Shown: positions 36,837-49,839 of the stretch, piece by piece | Position numbering within the stretch: the stretch's first letter is position 1 | How the letters are laid out: each line of letters begins with the position of its first letter | NCBI GenBank assembly: GCA_032718475.1 | Contig: JAUCBJ010001585.1 | Coordinates: forward strand, 1-52,976 | From: Nemertoderma westbladi | Lineage: Eukaryota; Animalia; Xenacoelomorpha | Length of the DNA: 52,976 nt | Direction of reading: 5' to 3' | Notes under the pieces: generated by a model | The model's database searches: none | What the model was told of the DNA's origin: nothing | Seen by the model: only the letters and a program-made list of their open reading frames with translations | Made by a program: the position numbers and the translations under genes

Positions 36837-37705
36837 ATGCAAATATTGTTGCATACTGACTGCTCAGCCTTCGGCGGTGGACCACACCGACCTGGATCCC
36901 GAAGTGTTCCGGGACAACCTTGCCTTGCGGTATGGGTTGACGCCGCCCGGCCTCCCGGCTAAGTGCGAGGGGTGTGGGGAGTCTTTTTCGACGTCCCATG
37001 CCCTTAATTGCAAGTCGGGGGGCTTGATTATCAAGCGGCACAACGAGGTGCGGGAGGTCTTCGGGGACCTAATCGCGTCCGCGTTCGGGGGCTCGTGCGT
37101 CCAGCGTGAGGTTACGCTGGCGTCCGGCTACCTGGACAGACAGGGCCGCGAGGTGGGTGGAGTAAGGGCGGACCTTCTGGCGAGGGGAGTCTGGGCCGAA
37201 CAGAGGGTGGCGTCATTTGACATTGCGGTTGTAAACGCTGACGCCCCCTCTTATGTTAACCGGTCCCTAGACTCCGTTCTCCAGCAGAGGGTCCGCGCCA
37301 AGAAGGTACACTATGCCGCAGTGTGCGAGGACCGTCGGATCTCCTTCACCCCCCTAGTCGGAACCACCGACGGGGTGTGGTGCAAGGAGGCCGATATCCT
37401 AATCCGCCACCTCGCGGAGACCCTGGTGGCCCGGCAGCGTGGGATGCGCGAGCGAGGCCTAGCCTGTGTGCTGGGCGGAGTGCGGAGGCGCCTATTGTTT
37501 GCGCTGCTGCGCTCAAACTCGCTGTGCCGGCGTGGCGGTAGGCGGCCATGGAGGGCGCTCGGGTTTGGGGACGGTGCCGGTCTGCGGGGGTTTGACCTCC
37601 AAGACCGGTACTGAATCCACGTTTTAGACTTGTGTTTGGTGGAGGGATGTAAAAATTCTTACTAAATTTAATTTTGGTGGTGGTGGAAATTAAAATTAAA
37701 AATTG
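36837..37705 (+). mobile_element. 5'-truncated RLE-type (CRE-like) non-LTR retrotransposon with 13-bp TSD
   Basis: FRDNLALRYG, CEGC...HALNC, RHNEVR, RADL, FDIAV, FTPLV; TSD TATTTGCAACAAT at 36824-36836 and 37706-37718. Confidence 0.9.
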
Positions 37706-38876
37706 TATTTGCAACAATGCAAGATGATAATGTCCTGGCAACAATACGTAATGATTCAGCCCTTGGGACCTTTGCCAATTTTCTTGTAAACCGAATGAAG
37801 GAAGAAACTGAGAGTATGGCAAGTATTAAACAAACTCTAAGACAGCATGGGAAGATGATCATATATCTTAGTACGTCTACGAATTATAATGTGGCAATTA
37901 CTGACTGCTCGGGTATTGATCTGATAGATCCATCGAAATACGATCATATAGTACGGGCTACAAAAGTGTTATTTAAACCTAGTTTGCAAACCAAAGTTGG
38001 TATTGATTTAAATAAATTGGCTTCATTGCTTAGGTGTGAAGCCATCAAATCAAATAACTCAAAATTAGCAACTATGGCGGAGCAATTTGATCACTTGTAC
38101 CACACAGATTGGACGCAAACAGTCAACAGACAAGCACGATTTCAAGTCGAATTAAAACGCTTCAACAAGGTTCAAGAAGTTCCGTTGACCCAAGAAATTG
38201 TATTACTAAACAAGGTCCTAAAGGAAAAAATTGCATCAAGTTTAACCACCACTCCGGAGTTGAGGAACCACCGTAACACCCAAAAGATTGTACTGGCACA
38301 GATTTTGCTATTCAATAGTAAACGCGCAACTGAACCTGGTGGGATCAAGTGCTCTACTGTTATGGAGGGATTAAATAGGGATGTTGAAGAAACCTTAACT
38401 GATATTGAGAAGGAACTCGTAAAGAGAATGAGTGTAATTAATATAAAAGGGAAGGGTGCAAGGAAAGTTCCTATAATTTTAACCCCAGATGTTCGAAAAC
38501 TAATGTTATTTTTATGTGAAGATTTATCTTCCGATGATTATGTGTTCAAATCCCAAGGAAACCTACCTTTGAGGGGATCTGCCGTTTTAAAAAAATTAGC
38601 TGAGGATGTAGGATGTAACAGACCTGATCTCATCAGAAGTACTGCTCTTCGTAAATACTGTGCAACAGTGTGTCAAGTTTTGAATCTCGATGAACATGAA
38701 AAGCACTGGCTGAGTCGCCACCTCGGCCACTCATTAGCAGTTCATCACAATGTCTACAAACTGCATGATGACGTTCTAGAAATATCCCAGGTGTCGAAAG
38801 TATTAATTGCTATTGCTAAAGGTAAAATAGGAGTCCATAAGGGAAAAACATTTTCCGATATTGATATTGAATTAAG

Positions 38877-39160
38877 TGATGTTTTATCAGATGATGAATG
38901 TCATGGTGATGTAACCGATAATACTATACATTCCGCTCAGTTAGTTTCCAATGAATTGAGATATCCTGTTCAATCATCTTCTTCATCAGCTGGGAATGTC
39001 GAGTCCAACGAGTATGTCATAAATGATGTTTTATCAGATGATGAATGTCATGGTGATGTAACCGATAATACTATACATTCCACTCAGTTAGTTTCCAATG
39101 AATTGAGATATCCTGTTCAATCATCTTCTTCATCAGCTGGGAATGTCGAGTGCAACGAGA
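38877..39160 (+). repeat. 147-bp in-frame tandem duplication (49 aa) in the recombinase tail
   Basis: DVLSDDECHGDVTDNTIH...SSSSAGNVE occurs twice, at 38878 and 39025. Confidence 0.93.
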
Positions 39161-39963
39161 AACTGATGGTATAACTGGTGAATCTAATTTAATGTATAAC
39201 GATAATACGATAGTTTTATGCAATAAAAAGAATGATAATACAGTTACTTGCAGGAAAAAAGATACAGTGAAAATTGTCAGGGAACGAAGGAAGTTGTCTA
39301 CAGAAGAAAAGGAGTGCTTATGTAGGGAATTTGCAAGCCATATATTGCGTTCACTAGCCAACTAAACATGATATAGAAGCTGTTCAAAATAAAGCAAATA
39401 TCATTGAAACATTAAATTGGAAACTCATAAAGTATCAAGTAGCAGAGATTATTAAATCGAATAAAAGAATTAAAGCCAAAATGAGTAATAATGTAATGAG
39501 TTAATAGTTTATATAGTAACTATGGTTCATAGTTTCATTTGTGTCAAATTTTTCAAAACTGGTATTATTTGACCGTTATTCCATATTCGGTTTGGTTTGT
39601 TTAGTATTCCTTAGTCGTGTAGACCACTCAATTAATTTTATTATCGTCCGTATGTAGGTACTTTGTTATCTTTCTGAAGCTAATTTTCACTGAAACTGTA
39701 ATCACATATATATATATAATAGGGTATATCATTGTCTGAAACTTAGTATTGGGTAGGTTTGAAATGTTGAAGATTACGGTTCTCAGTGAGAATAGCATTG
39801 AAATTTGGTCTTGTTGCAGTTACTATGCCTGCCTTTTGCAAGTAATTTTTTTACAACTTTTCAGTACAGGTAAATGGGAAATTCAGTAATTTCCATAATT
39901 AGTAAGTCAGTAATTAGGTGAGCTGTACGAGCTCCACCCAGCCACCAGTAGGTACAGTACTAT

Positions 39964-40240
39964 AGTTCATACCGGTATCTAGTTATATGTAATATGGCTT
40001 AGGCCTACTGCATTATTTCCCGATTTTTCATTTCCTCTGTTGTGCAGTACTGACTACTGCAATAGGCCTTTCCTGCTGTTTTCATTTTATCACAATTCTG
40101 CAGTTCATTCCGGTATCTAGTTATATGTAATATGGCTTAGGCCTACTACATTGTTTCCCGATTTTTCATTTCCTCTGTTGTGCAGTACTGACTAACTGCA
40201 GTAGGCCTTTTCTGCTGTTTTCATTTCATCACAATTCTAC
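39964..40240. repeat. 138-bp tandem duplication
   Basis: CCGGTATCTAGTTATATGTAATATGGC at 39972 and 40110. Confidence 0.9.
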
Positions 40241-40261
40241 AATTTTGATGTTGTTTGTAAT

Positions 40262-41143
40262 ATGGAAACTCGTGCATCCACTAGTGTTATTTATAGAAGT
40301 TGCCCTGTTTATGGTATTCCTTCGAATTTGCCTGAAAATGTTTTGCCAACTATTGGTGATGTAATGCGATACTACAATAAATTGCAACAGGAAGGTCCTC
40401 CTAATGCACCTAGTAGAGATATATTTAAAATGGTTGTTGAAATCCTAAATGGTATTTGGGAGAAAGCAAGTCTTCCCTTTACTGACTCACGAACAACCAT
40501 TGCTAAACTTGAGAAGAAGAGAGAGTATCTACGTAATGTTCTCAAGAAGTCAGGATCAACTAAAGAAAATAAAATTAAAGAGCTGAAAGTAGAAGGTGAG
40601 AGGTTATTTGATATTTGCACTTGTCACTGTGAAGGGATTTCAACCTGTAGTTGTCCAAGAGAATCTAAGGTTTCTAAATTGGAGTGGGATTTTATTGTTG
40701 ATCAGAGGTCTTTACGCAAGATGGTAATTGGAAAGGTTGACCATGAAATGACAGAGAAACTGAAGAGGCGAAGAGAAAGGCAGTTAAAGTCAGACCCAAA
40801 GCATTTGCGATATGATAGCACCAGTTGTCCCAATGTGGGAGAGGAAAGTTTCACAGCCTCTTTCTCAGATAATTCAACTGATGATAAGATAATGAAGATG
40901 CTGATCCATCTGTTATACATCATGGATCTAAAACAGATCGCAATTATACTCCACTTCATCGTCTTGCATTGGAATGTGAACGTTATGGGGTATTAAATGC
41001 TGCTGGATCCACAATAGCTACTGCAACATTGGTGGATTATGGCATTGTATCGAGTGATGATTCTACACTTGTAGTTGATAAAATGAAGCTATGGCGTGAG
41101 CGTGATAAGATGAGAAAGAACCTCAATAAAGATGCAATTGCTT
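40262..41143 (+). pseudogene. N-terminal half of a DNA transposase (probably hATm-like), frameshifted and truncated
   Basis: LPTIGDVMRY, IWEKASLP, LFDICTCHC, FIVDQRSLRKMVIG, ECERYGV...VVDKMKLWRER; possible left end TAGGGT at 39720. Family assignment is from memory. Confidence 0.6.
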
Positions 41144-42614
41144 CAGTGGCCGTCAACCACGAGGGAGGGACGAGTCGACGCATGGCGGCGGTGGGAGGAC
41201 CGAAGTCGCCGGTAGACTTGTTATTATAAATCGTTTTTTTGCTCCATATGATACGTTTATCTATATTCTTTTTCGAGTGATGAGAATAATAAAATCCACT
41301 GAGACAGTTTATTATTGCATGAATATAATAATTTTTTAATTGTATTTAGTATATATAATTTTTTTTATTAGATGTCTAATCAAGGTTACTCCAATGAGTC
41401 CGAAGCTGCAAACACAACGAAAATACCAACTCGCCACGAGAAAGTATGCCCTATTGATTCTAAAACATTAAAATATTTAAAAGATCATCTAACATCAACA
41501 CACAAAATATCACCAAACAAAGCTTGACAGTTGGTTAAGATAGCAAAACGACCCAATACGACATTAGAATCAGAGATAGTGGACCTGGAAATAAAATCGA
41601 TGAAATGTAAGTTGCTTGGTGCGAAATGCAATCTATTAGTTGCATTTGTCAGAAAGATGGGGAAGGAGGTTAACGAAAAAACAATACATAAACTGATGGT
41701 AGATGTTAATTCTACTGAATTAACTATTGAGAAGAATTCAATTGTCAGTGGTGGTGTTTGTGTTGTGGATGATGTACGTGTGGGTGATGATAATGCTGGG
41801 CGTGTGGCTAAGAGTTCTGGTGTGTCTGTGCCATTAGATTGTGTGAGTGGAGGTACTTCTGGTGATCTTCATACATATGTAGATAAGGTTAGTGTGGTAG
41901 GTCCCTCTAGTGGGTGCAGTAATACAAATAGAACGAAATGAATCCTAGACTGTAATATTCAATTGTCTGCTGCTAGGGGGCGATAATGTTCTAAAATGTA
42001 AATTGCTTGTCATTTTGTTAATTCCTGTCCGTTTGTTTTGAAATTTTCTAGACACCTTCTACAATATGGGTGGGACAAGGTGGACAAACATCTACAACAC
42101 TCCCAATAAAGAATTCAAAATACGAATTAATTTTAAAATTTGTAAAAAAAAATATTTTTGAAAATTTTAAATTAAAAAAATTTTTTTTGGTTACATGTTT
42201 TTTTGCAAAATTTTTTTTTAAATCGTTCATGAACAATATTAATAGTTTCAAAGTGTTAAAAGTTATTGTATAAAAAGCCGAATAACATTGAGCTGCCTAA
42301 CTATATAGTAAGAATTGCTATGATATTATTAATATTGTCCATTTTTTTAAATAACCGCTTATTATAACCGCTATTAATAAAAATTTTTTTGCTACCCGAT
42401 TCACCTTCACATAAATCGCTGTACCTTTTTTGTGGAAATAGATATGGAGACACCGTTTCTTTTGTTAAAATCTCTGGAAAATTCTACATCTCATAGGCCT
42501 AATAACTCAAAATCGACCTCCGGTGACATAAGGTTCCTTTTCTCGTGACCAGCTACAAATATGTAAATATAATATCACTATGCGTTTCGAGTTATTAAAT
42601 TATTTTTTTATTTT

Positions 42615-43255
42615 AAAAAAACCTTACAAGTAGGTACGTACAGCAGTACCAAACTAAAAAGCAACTTGACCTATAGACATTGCATGCAATCAGTGATCAG
42701 TTGACGGCAGTCAGCTGATTGGTAGGTATCGCCTCGCAGTTTAAGGAATTATCAAGAGGATATAACAGTGAAGTCCCAAAAGGGAGAAGGAAAGTTATGT
42801 AGAAGGAAACGGTTATGTAATGAAGAGAGGTGTGTACTAATAACTAAGCACTGGGAAGCAGCACCACAAACTTGCACCAATCATGTTTCTGTTTGTTGAT
42901 AATGGGCATGCGCGAGCGAATGTAATACATATTTTTTGCAAAACAGGCCGCAAAGAGTGCCGTGAAATTACTTTGAAGTATTTAAATCTTACGCTAGTCA
43001 GTCAGCCAAGTATTGGACTCGTGTCTAATATATTAGTGTGTTCAACATATTCCCCACACAACAGGGACTTCACTCTCACTGTTTTTTCAAGGCTTGGCCT
43101 CCTGAGAATGCCTTCCACTGTGAGGTGAAACCTACTGATCAGCTGACTGCCGTTAGTTCATCTCCGATTGCATGTAACGTCTATAGGTGCAGTTACTTTC
43201 AACTTTTTAGTTTGCTACTGCTGTACATACCATACCTACCAGTAGCGGTTTTTTA
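42615..43255. mobile_element. Fold-back/MITE-like element with ~110-bp diverged inverted repeats
   Basis: 42615-42728 (…CCTATAGACATTGCATGCAATC…GGCAGTCAGCTGAT…) is inverted at 43130-43255; true ends may lie further out. Confidence 0.7.
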
Positions 43256-43676
43256 CTTAACTTGCTTGACTAATTAAAATTATAACGATTATATAAACAG
43301 GATATCCTTGTAATACGTGTTAACTTAGTTTATTGTTTTGGTTACATCCACCCGAAAACTGTTGTTAGGAGCTTTGAGGCTGTTGTAGGTCCAATTTTAA
43401 AACTAACAGGACCTTAGGCGGAGTTAATAAATAATGCGAGGGCCGGATTTCAAAATGCCCATATCGAGACAATTTTATCCAAAAAGTATCAATTATTGTT
43501 TCGTTTCTCTGGTGTAATATTTTTTGAAAGTTTCAAATTTTAGGATGGCGAAGAATAAAATTACAAATAACAAATATACATACATAACTATGTATAACTG
43601 TAATACTAATGAAAAGTACATAACTACAATAGAAGTAGTAGTTTTCTTATATACAATTGGTGCATATTAATTAATA

Positions 43677-43882
43677 ATGCGAATTGATGGTTGCTACACA
43701 AGACTACTAAGGGCAGCCCTAAACATCAGCTGGAGACAACACATGACAAACGCCGAGCTTTATGGTACAATACCACCTGTATCAACCACCCTCCGTGAAC
43801 GCAGATTAAGATTGAGTGGGCACTGCTGGCGAAGTAAAGACGAGGTCATACCAGATCTACTTTTCTGGCAACCAACTCACGC
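43677..43882 (+). pseudogene. RTE-like LINE C-terminal fragment
   Basis: IDGCYTRLLRAALNISWRQHMTNAELYG...RRLRLSGHCWR...LLFWQP. Confidence 0.85.
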
Positions 43883-45041
43883 AAAGTTTTTTTTTGCAGG
43901 GCAATACCCAGAGTATAAACAATGATTACTTATTATTTTTTCTTATGTGTTTAGATTTGCAAAGCAATTACAAAGGCAGTTATGCAGTAAGGTGGCGGTG
44001 CAGTACTTCACCACATTGAGGAAAAAAAGAAGGATTGGCTAAAGCACTCGACATCCAGGAAAATGGAAGGAGAAAGGAAGAGTGGACAGGGTCAGTATAA
44101 AGATAACTGAATAAGAATATAAAAGATTAAGATACTATAGTATATTATACAATGTATTAATAGGACTATACACTCTACTCTATAAGGCAATATTTTTGCC
44201 CCGATTTATTGTAATTAGAAATTGAAAGGGCATCATATTTTGTACGGAAATGTTACATACTCATCATAATGTTGGGAATATAATCTTTGTTTATTTCTTT
44301 AGTTGCAATTTTTATTATTATTCGTATATTGAGTTTATCATCCACACCTGTCCTTGAGAGAGAGCCACAAAGTATGAGTTTTATAAGTTTAGTACGGGCC
44401 AATTCAGCATTGTCCATCCATCTGTCTGTCTCAATCTTTGGCATCAATAATTCAACAACGGCTCGTTAACAACAGCAATTTGTAGATATGTGTGCGTGTT
44501 GCTGTAGAAGATGAAAATGTTTCCATCATATTTTTAAGAATTACAGCTTGTTTTTCTCTGATCAAGATTTGCAATATATACTTTTCAAGGTTTACTGAGT
44601 ATTAATTCATGGTACAAAGTGCCTATTTGGCCCAATTGTACTAAAACTGTACTGTATGCTGAAGTTGTCAGACTTCATGTAAGCTATTATATAGTCAATA
44701 CCAAGGCGTTCTAAACAGGTTCAAATTTGGTGTTTCATTTTACAAATTGAGTTCATTGACAGTTGAGCTCCGATACAAATGAACGCAACTATGACGTCTA
44801 TACGTATATATAATAATAATATACGTATAATATATATATGACGTAATATTACGTCATATAATCTATGACGTAATAGAATCAAAATATTTATATTAAAATT
44901 TATGTAACATTACAGAACATAGTTTTTCTAATGTTTTTCATGGTGTGTTATTGATTGTTTGAGAATCAAGATGTTCAGAATAAATTTAAATTACATTATT
45001 TCAACGTTACAAATTGGTTGGTAACATTATTTCAATTAAAA

Positions 45042-45945
45042 GTTAATAAAAAGACCAACACTAGAAGCAGCCTGTTCTAATGAGCTGAGGAGTCGATGAG
45101 CTCCCTTTAGTAATTCTGAGTCATCCTAAGTCATCAGCAAAGTCTAGATCAGTTAGGTACTTGGCAGGATTTCCTTGACTTCTGGAGCCAGAAGATGGAA
45201 TTATCATCACCCCCATCATCATTTTGATGATCAAGTGACATGCTTATAGTCAACCATAATTATGAACCTGAATGGCGCAAGTGTGTCTCCCTGGAGGACG
45301 CCCCATAACACTTAAGAGGTTATGTGTCACCGTCAGCAGTAGACACAAATGTTGTCGAACCATCGTATACTAATCTGATTGCTGCAATAATTTCATCAGG
45401 AATCCCATATAATGAAAGTATGCTGAAGATACGTGAGCGAGAGACTGAATAAAAGGCCTTGAATAAGTCAACAAAGATAACAGCCAGATGCCTGTCTTTC
45501 TTTTTTGATAACTCTTCAATTATGCTTCTAAGGGCCAAAATGGGCTCCATGGTCCCACGACCTTTACGGAACCCATTCTGATTTCCACGTAGCAGTCTCT
45601 CAATGGGATCCCTGATGCGATTTAATAAAATTATATTGTATAGCTTTGCAGCAATCGAGATCAATGAGATTCCCTGAAAAGAACCATAGAGTGTTAGTTT
45701 GCCCTGCTTGGGGACTGGCACCAACTTATTTATTTTCATTTCTTGTGGGACTCTTGTTGTTCTGTACATGTCTACTATGATGGGATAGATAAGCTTTATA
45801 ACACTCAGGTATTTTAAAGACCTCAGGGGGAACAACATCTACTACACTGGCACGATTGCTCTTAATGCTCTTTGCAGCAGCCTTCACTTCTGCAAAGGAG
45901 ATATCGCCAATGGGAATATCTGGGAGTACAGACTCAGAACACTTT
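45042..45945 (-). pseudogene. RTE-like LINE RT fragment
   Basis: GISLISIAAKLY, QNGFR, IFVDLFKAF, GVLQGDTLAP, LTDLDFADD, with stops and frameshifts. Confidence 0.9.
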
Positions 45946-46525
45946 TACTTCTTTAAAGTTATCGGGCAATACCCTGTCATTGAATTAAATACACTGCATT
46001 CCGTGACATGGCTTATTGGTTTTATGTATTTATTTACAGAGGTTTAAAGTTTTGACCTCGAAAAGACCAAGAATATCAGCAGTGTGCAATAATGGGTAAG
46101 AAATTGGTGACACATTTTCAAAATGGTTGTAGCAATTTACGTTATAGCAGTATATGTACAAAATAAAATTTGAGATTGCACGAAATTTGAAATACAGAAT
46201 GACCTCTCTATTTTCTGGAAAAGGAAACTTATTACAAGGATTAAGGATTTAGAATAATATATAATTATGAAAATAAATTAATTAATGGTTGTGATTATGT
46301 GCCATATTATTGAATGCTTTTAAGAAATATTTAAACTTTATATGAATTGAATAGGCCTAATGTTAGCACTTTATGCTTTCTGTTGGCCGGTATTATTCAT
46401 TTCAGAAACTCATAATCACCTCTTGTGATCTCGGCTTGATTAATAATCAATTTATTTCAATTTTAGTTATAAAACGCTAACATCTGGTCTGGCTTGCTAT
46501 GCAATAATTATACAATAAAATTAGC

Positions 46526-47778
46526 GGATCTAGGACACTTCCCCCCCGGACACTTCCCCCCCGGACACTTCCCCCCCGCCCAAGTAGGATACTTCCCCCC
46601 CGGACACTTCCCCCCCCGGACACTTGCCCCCCGGACACTTCCCCCCCAGTTAAAGTGTTAAAATTAATCTGGGTGCATCAAAGCAATAAACAAAAGTTAA
46701 AGATGGTTACAGGACAAGTTGTATCTAGACAAGTTTTTTCAAAATTATAAAAGAAACATTTTTATAGTCAAATTTTGTTTGTTTTTCTTATAATTCCTTT
46801 AATTCTTTTAATTTATTTTAATTGGGGGCTGCCGCCCCCAAACCCCCGCTTCTTTTGTTGGGGGCTACCGCCCCCAAACCCCCGCTGCTTTTCTTGGGGG
46901 CTGCCGCCCCCAAACCCCCGCTTCTTTTCTTGGGGGTTATCGCCCCCAGACCCCGGCATTTCCCTGAGTGCCCGTGGTGAAAGACTTAAGACCACTTTGA
47001 AATAATTAATTCATGTTTGTATCATCAGATAATAAATTGACTAAGCCTAAAGTAGGAGCTGTATTGAATGTTAATCAATTTAATATATAAATTACTACAA
47101 TATTATATAATTCAACAAAATCCTATTAAAAATATTGCAAGTAACCAGGAAATTTAATATGTAGTGTGTATAATATCTACTGTATATATGTATAGTAGTA
47201 ATATATATATCAATATGTAATGCTGAACACAGAATACAGGTCGACGCATGTCGATTTTACCCTGGAGAGGTATAATTTTGATTGCAACAATAATATTCAT
47301 CCCCATCTGCTACAATTTGAAGAAGACTATTACGTAATAATACCTATAATTAAAACAATTAATTATTATAATTCTATAGTTAATAAAAACAGTATATCAT
47401 TCCGGGGATGGAATTTATAGGTCATCTAATATAATTAATTGTTTAAAGATTAGCAAACAATACGATGTAATTGCATTGATAAAACCCATAAATAAAACTT
47501 GGATATAAAATGTAAAATCGGGATGCAAAAGATCACTTTCTGAGCTACGAAAGGAAAATTGGATACAACTTATCTGGATACAAGCGGTCCGTTTACCTTA
47601 CAAAATGAAAAATACGAATGTGCGAAGTTAAGATCAGTCGGGGGGGAAGTGTCCGCGGGGGGGGAAGTGTCTGGGGGGGAAGTGTCCGGGGGGGAAGTGT
47701 CCTACTTGAGCGGGGGGGAACTGTCCGGGGGGGAAGTGTCCGGGGGGGAAGTGTCCGGGGGGGAAGTGTCCGAACACC
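46526..47778. mobile_element. Non-autonomous Mutator-like fold-back element with 9-bp TSD
   Basis: Inverted arms made of GGACACTTCCCCCCC tandem units; GG...CC termini; TSD AAAATTAGC at 46517-46525 and 47779-47787; internal 36-bp repeat x4 at 46821-46955. Confidence 0.85.
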
Positions 47779-47787
47779 AAAATTAGC

Positions 47788-48414
47788 TAATGAGATTGCT
47801 GATGAGGTCATCCCGTACACCAGATCCGATTTGACGATACTCTTATCAAGTACAACGTCTCGCACGGCCTTTGGCAACATCCTAGCTTCTATGCTACAAG
47901 CCAGGTCCATGGATTTAACTATCCGTTTTATCATCGCGTGTCTTTGCATCGTTCCTTCCGGCATAGGCATCTTTCTATCGCTCCTCTGTTGGCTGAAGAC
48001 ATGTAACACTCCATCGGGTGCTCGAATTTGTATGAAACAGAATGGCCCCATAAAGGTGACAATGATTGAGTCAATGATGAAATTATTAACGATATGGATT
48101 TTGCATGGGCAAAGTCAGTATACACCTGCTGAGTGTATCACGTATGACAATGTATTCCTAAAACCCAGCGGACAAGTTATTATGACAAATGCAGGTATTA
48201 TGCAACGAATCTGGAAGTTTGTAATGCCTGAATCGGAAAGCAAGGCGGTCTCAACAAGTACTGTATACGCCATCTACGAGGTTTCCTAAATCAGAGATTT
48301 CCGGGTGAACTGGATGACATAACTAATGTTTCTGCCCATATGGGACATTCAAATGAAACACAGCGTCAGATATATGATGCGACCCAAAGTAACAAACAGG
48401 CTGTAGAGGCCTGA
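47788..48414 (+). pseudogene. Second, unrelated tyrosine recombinase catalytic-domain relic
   Basis: NVFLKPSG; deleting CTGTA (48261-48265) gives the continuous frame STSIRHLRG...VSAHMGHSNETQRQIY. Confidence 0.7.
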
Positions 48415-48721
48415 GAGGATACTCAAGGCTGCTCAGTACCAACTGGCTGGTTCATATCAGTTGAGTGATTCTGAAGGTTCACCCATTTATTTTGCTTATA
48501 AGGTTCACCCATAATGGAATTTTGCAGAATTTGACAATGCTGACCATAGTGACATACCCATAACAATAATTGGAGAGCGAGAGGCAGGCCCATCGATAAC
48601 TGATGAAGGGGAAGGGGATACGTTTCATAAATTAGATCAGAAACTACAGATTTTATCAGACATGGTATCAAGTCACTAAAAATAAAGCTTTCAGCCCCTA
48701 ATACGTATAATAGGTAATTTG

Positions 48722-49716
48722 ACACTTAGAAGGATAATTGAAGAGTTATCAAAAAAGAAATATAGGCATCTGGCTGTTATCTTTGTTGACTTCTTCAAGG
48801 TCTTTGATTCAGTCTCTCGCTCACGTATGTTCAGCATACATTCATTATATGGGATTCCTGATGAAATTATTGCAGCAATCAGAACGGTATACGATGGTTC
48901 GACAACATTTGTGTCTACTGTTGATGGTGACACAGAACCATTTGAAGTGTTATGGGGCGTCCCCCAGGGAGACACACTCGCACCATTCTTGTTCACGGCT
49001 CCTCAGCTCATTAGAACATGCTGCTTCTAGTGTTGGTCTTTTTATTAACTCCAGAAAGACCAAAATTTTGACAGTTAACTTTGAAAGTCCTCAGTAAGTC
49101 ACTGATTGGATGAGCTTTTATAAGATCAAAAGATTGTATGTTTGAGCATGTGGATGACTTCTGTTACCTGGGATCATGGATCCGGAAGTCCGGTGAAGAC
49201 CTTCGAATATGTAAGGGAAAGGCATAGGCAGCCTTGAATAGGCTTTCCAGGATTTGGAAGTCACCGAGAATTAATCGGAAACTTAAGATCCGATTATTTA
49301 GAGCAGCAGTAGTTCCAGTACTCCTCTATGGGAGTCCATGCTGGACTCTAACAGCTGAGGACACCAAATCTCTGGATGGCACATTCACAAGCAATGCACA
49401 ATGCAATGTACAATGCACACATCTCCAACCAGACCTCGTCCATCTCCACGTCTCATTGGTTCCCCCAAGCTTGACACTAGAACAAAATTGCCTCCGCTTT
49501 GCAGGACATTGCTTTCGCCGTGAGGACCAGCCAGTGCATAATCTTGTGCTTTGGCAGCGTCATGGAGTAAATAAGCATGGTGGACAGCCCATGACTTTCT
49601 TGAGACGCATCTTAAAGGACACTGGCCTTGAAGATGCGGATGATCTAGCAAATGTCATGGGTGATAGGGAGTTGTGGCGGTGCAATTTTGTCGATAAGCC
49701 GGCACAGCATTCTTAA
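48722..49716 (+). pseudogene. RTE-like LINE 3' portion, same family as 45042-45945, with the FADD region deleted
   Basis: IFVDFFKVFDSV, GVPQGDTLAPFLF, DFCYLGSWI, LKIRLFRAAVVPVLLYG, LRFAGHCFR. Confidence 0.9.
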
Positions 49717-49839
49717 AAATGCAGCTGCAATGCAGCATGCCGATCCTAGTAGTGATGTTCAACCTCTCAGAGTGGTGCATCAATGGCGTTGCAAACAAAT
49801 GCAGCAGCCAGGTTCCATGCTGAAGCTGCAAAGCAAAAC

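Larger units (their letters stand above)
36214..39503 (+). pseudogene. Tyrosine recombinase gene (Crypton-like) with N-terminal zinc-finger-like motifs, split by a retroelement insertion
   Basis: CPFC...RHLKLTH and CMFC...H...C; recombinase motifs FNSKRATE, IKGKGARKVPIILT, RSTALRKY, LGHSLAVHHNVY. Joining 36836 to 37719 restores KLFATMQDD; a further frameshift lies near 39160. Confidence 0.8.

Noticed and set aside
36025-39174. DIRS-type retrotransposon (RNase H plus tyrosine recombinase)
   Set aside because: The RNase H piece is short, gypsy-like and compositionally distinct; there is no RT, gag or DIRS terminal repeat structure.
41531-41941. 136-aa ORF
   Set aside because: TTG start, low complexity and no recognisable motif; probably internal repeat sequence.
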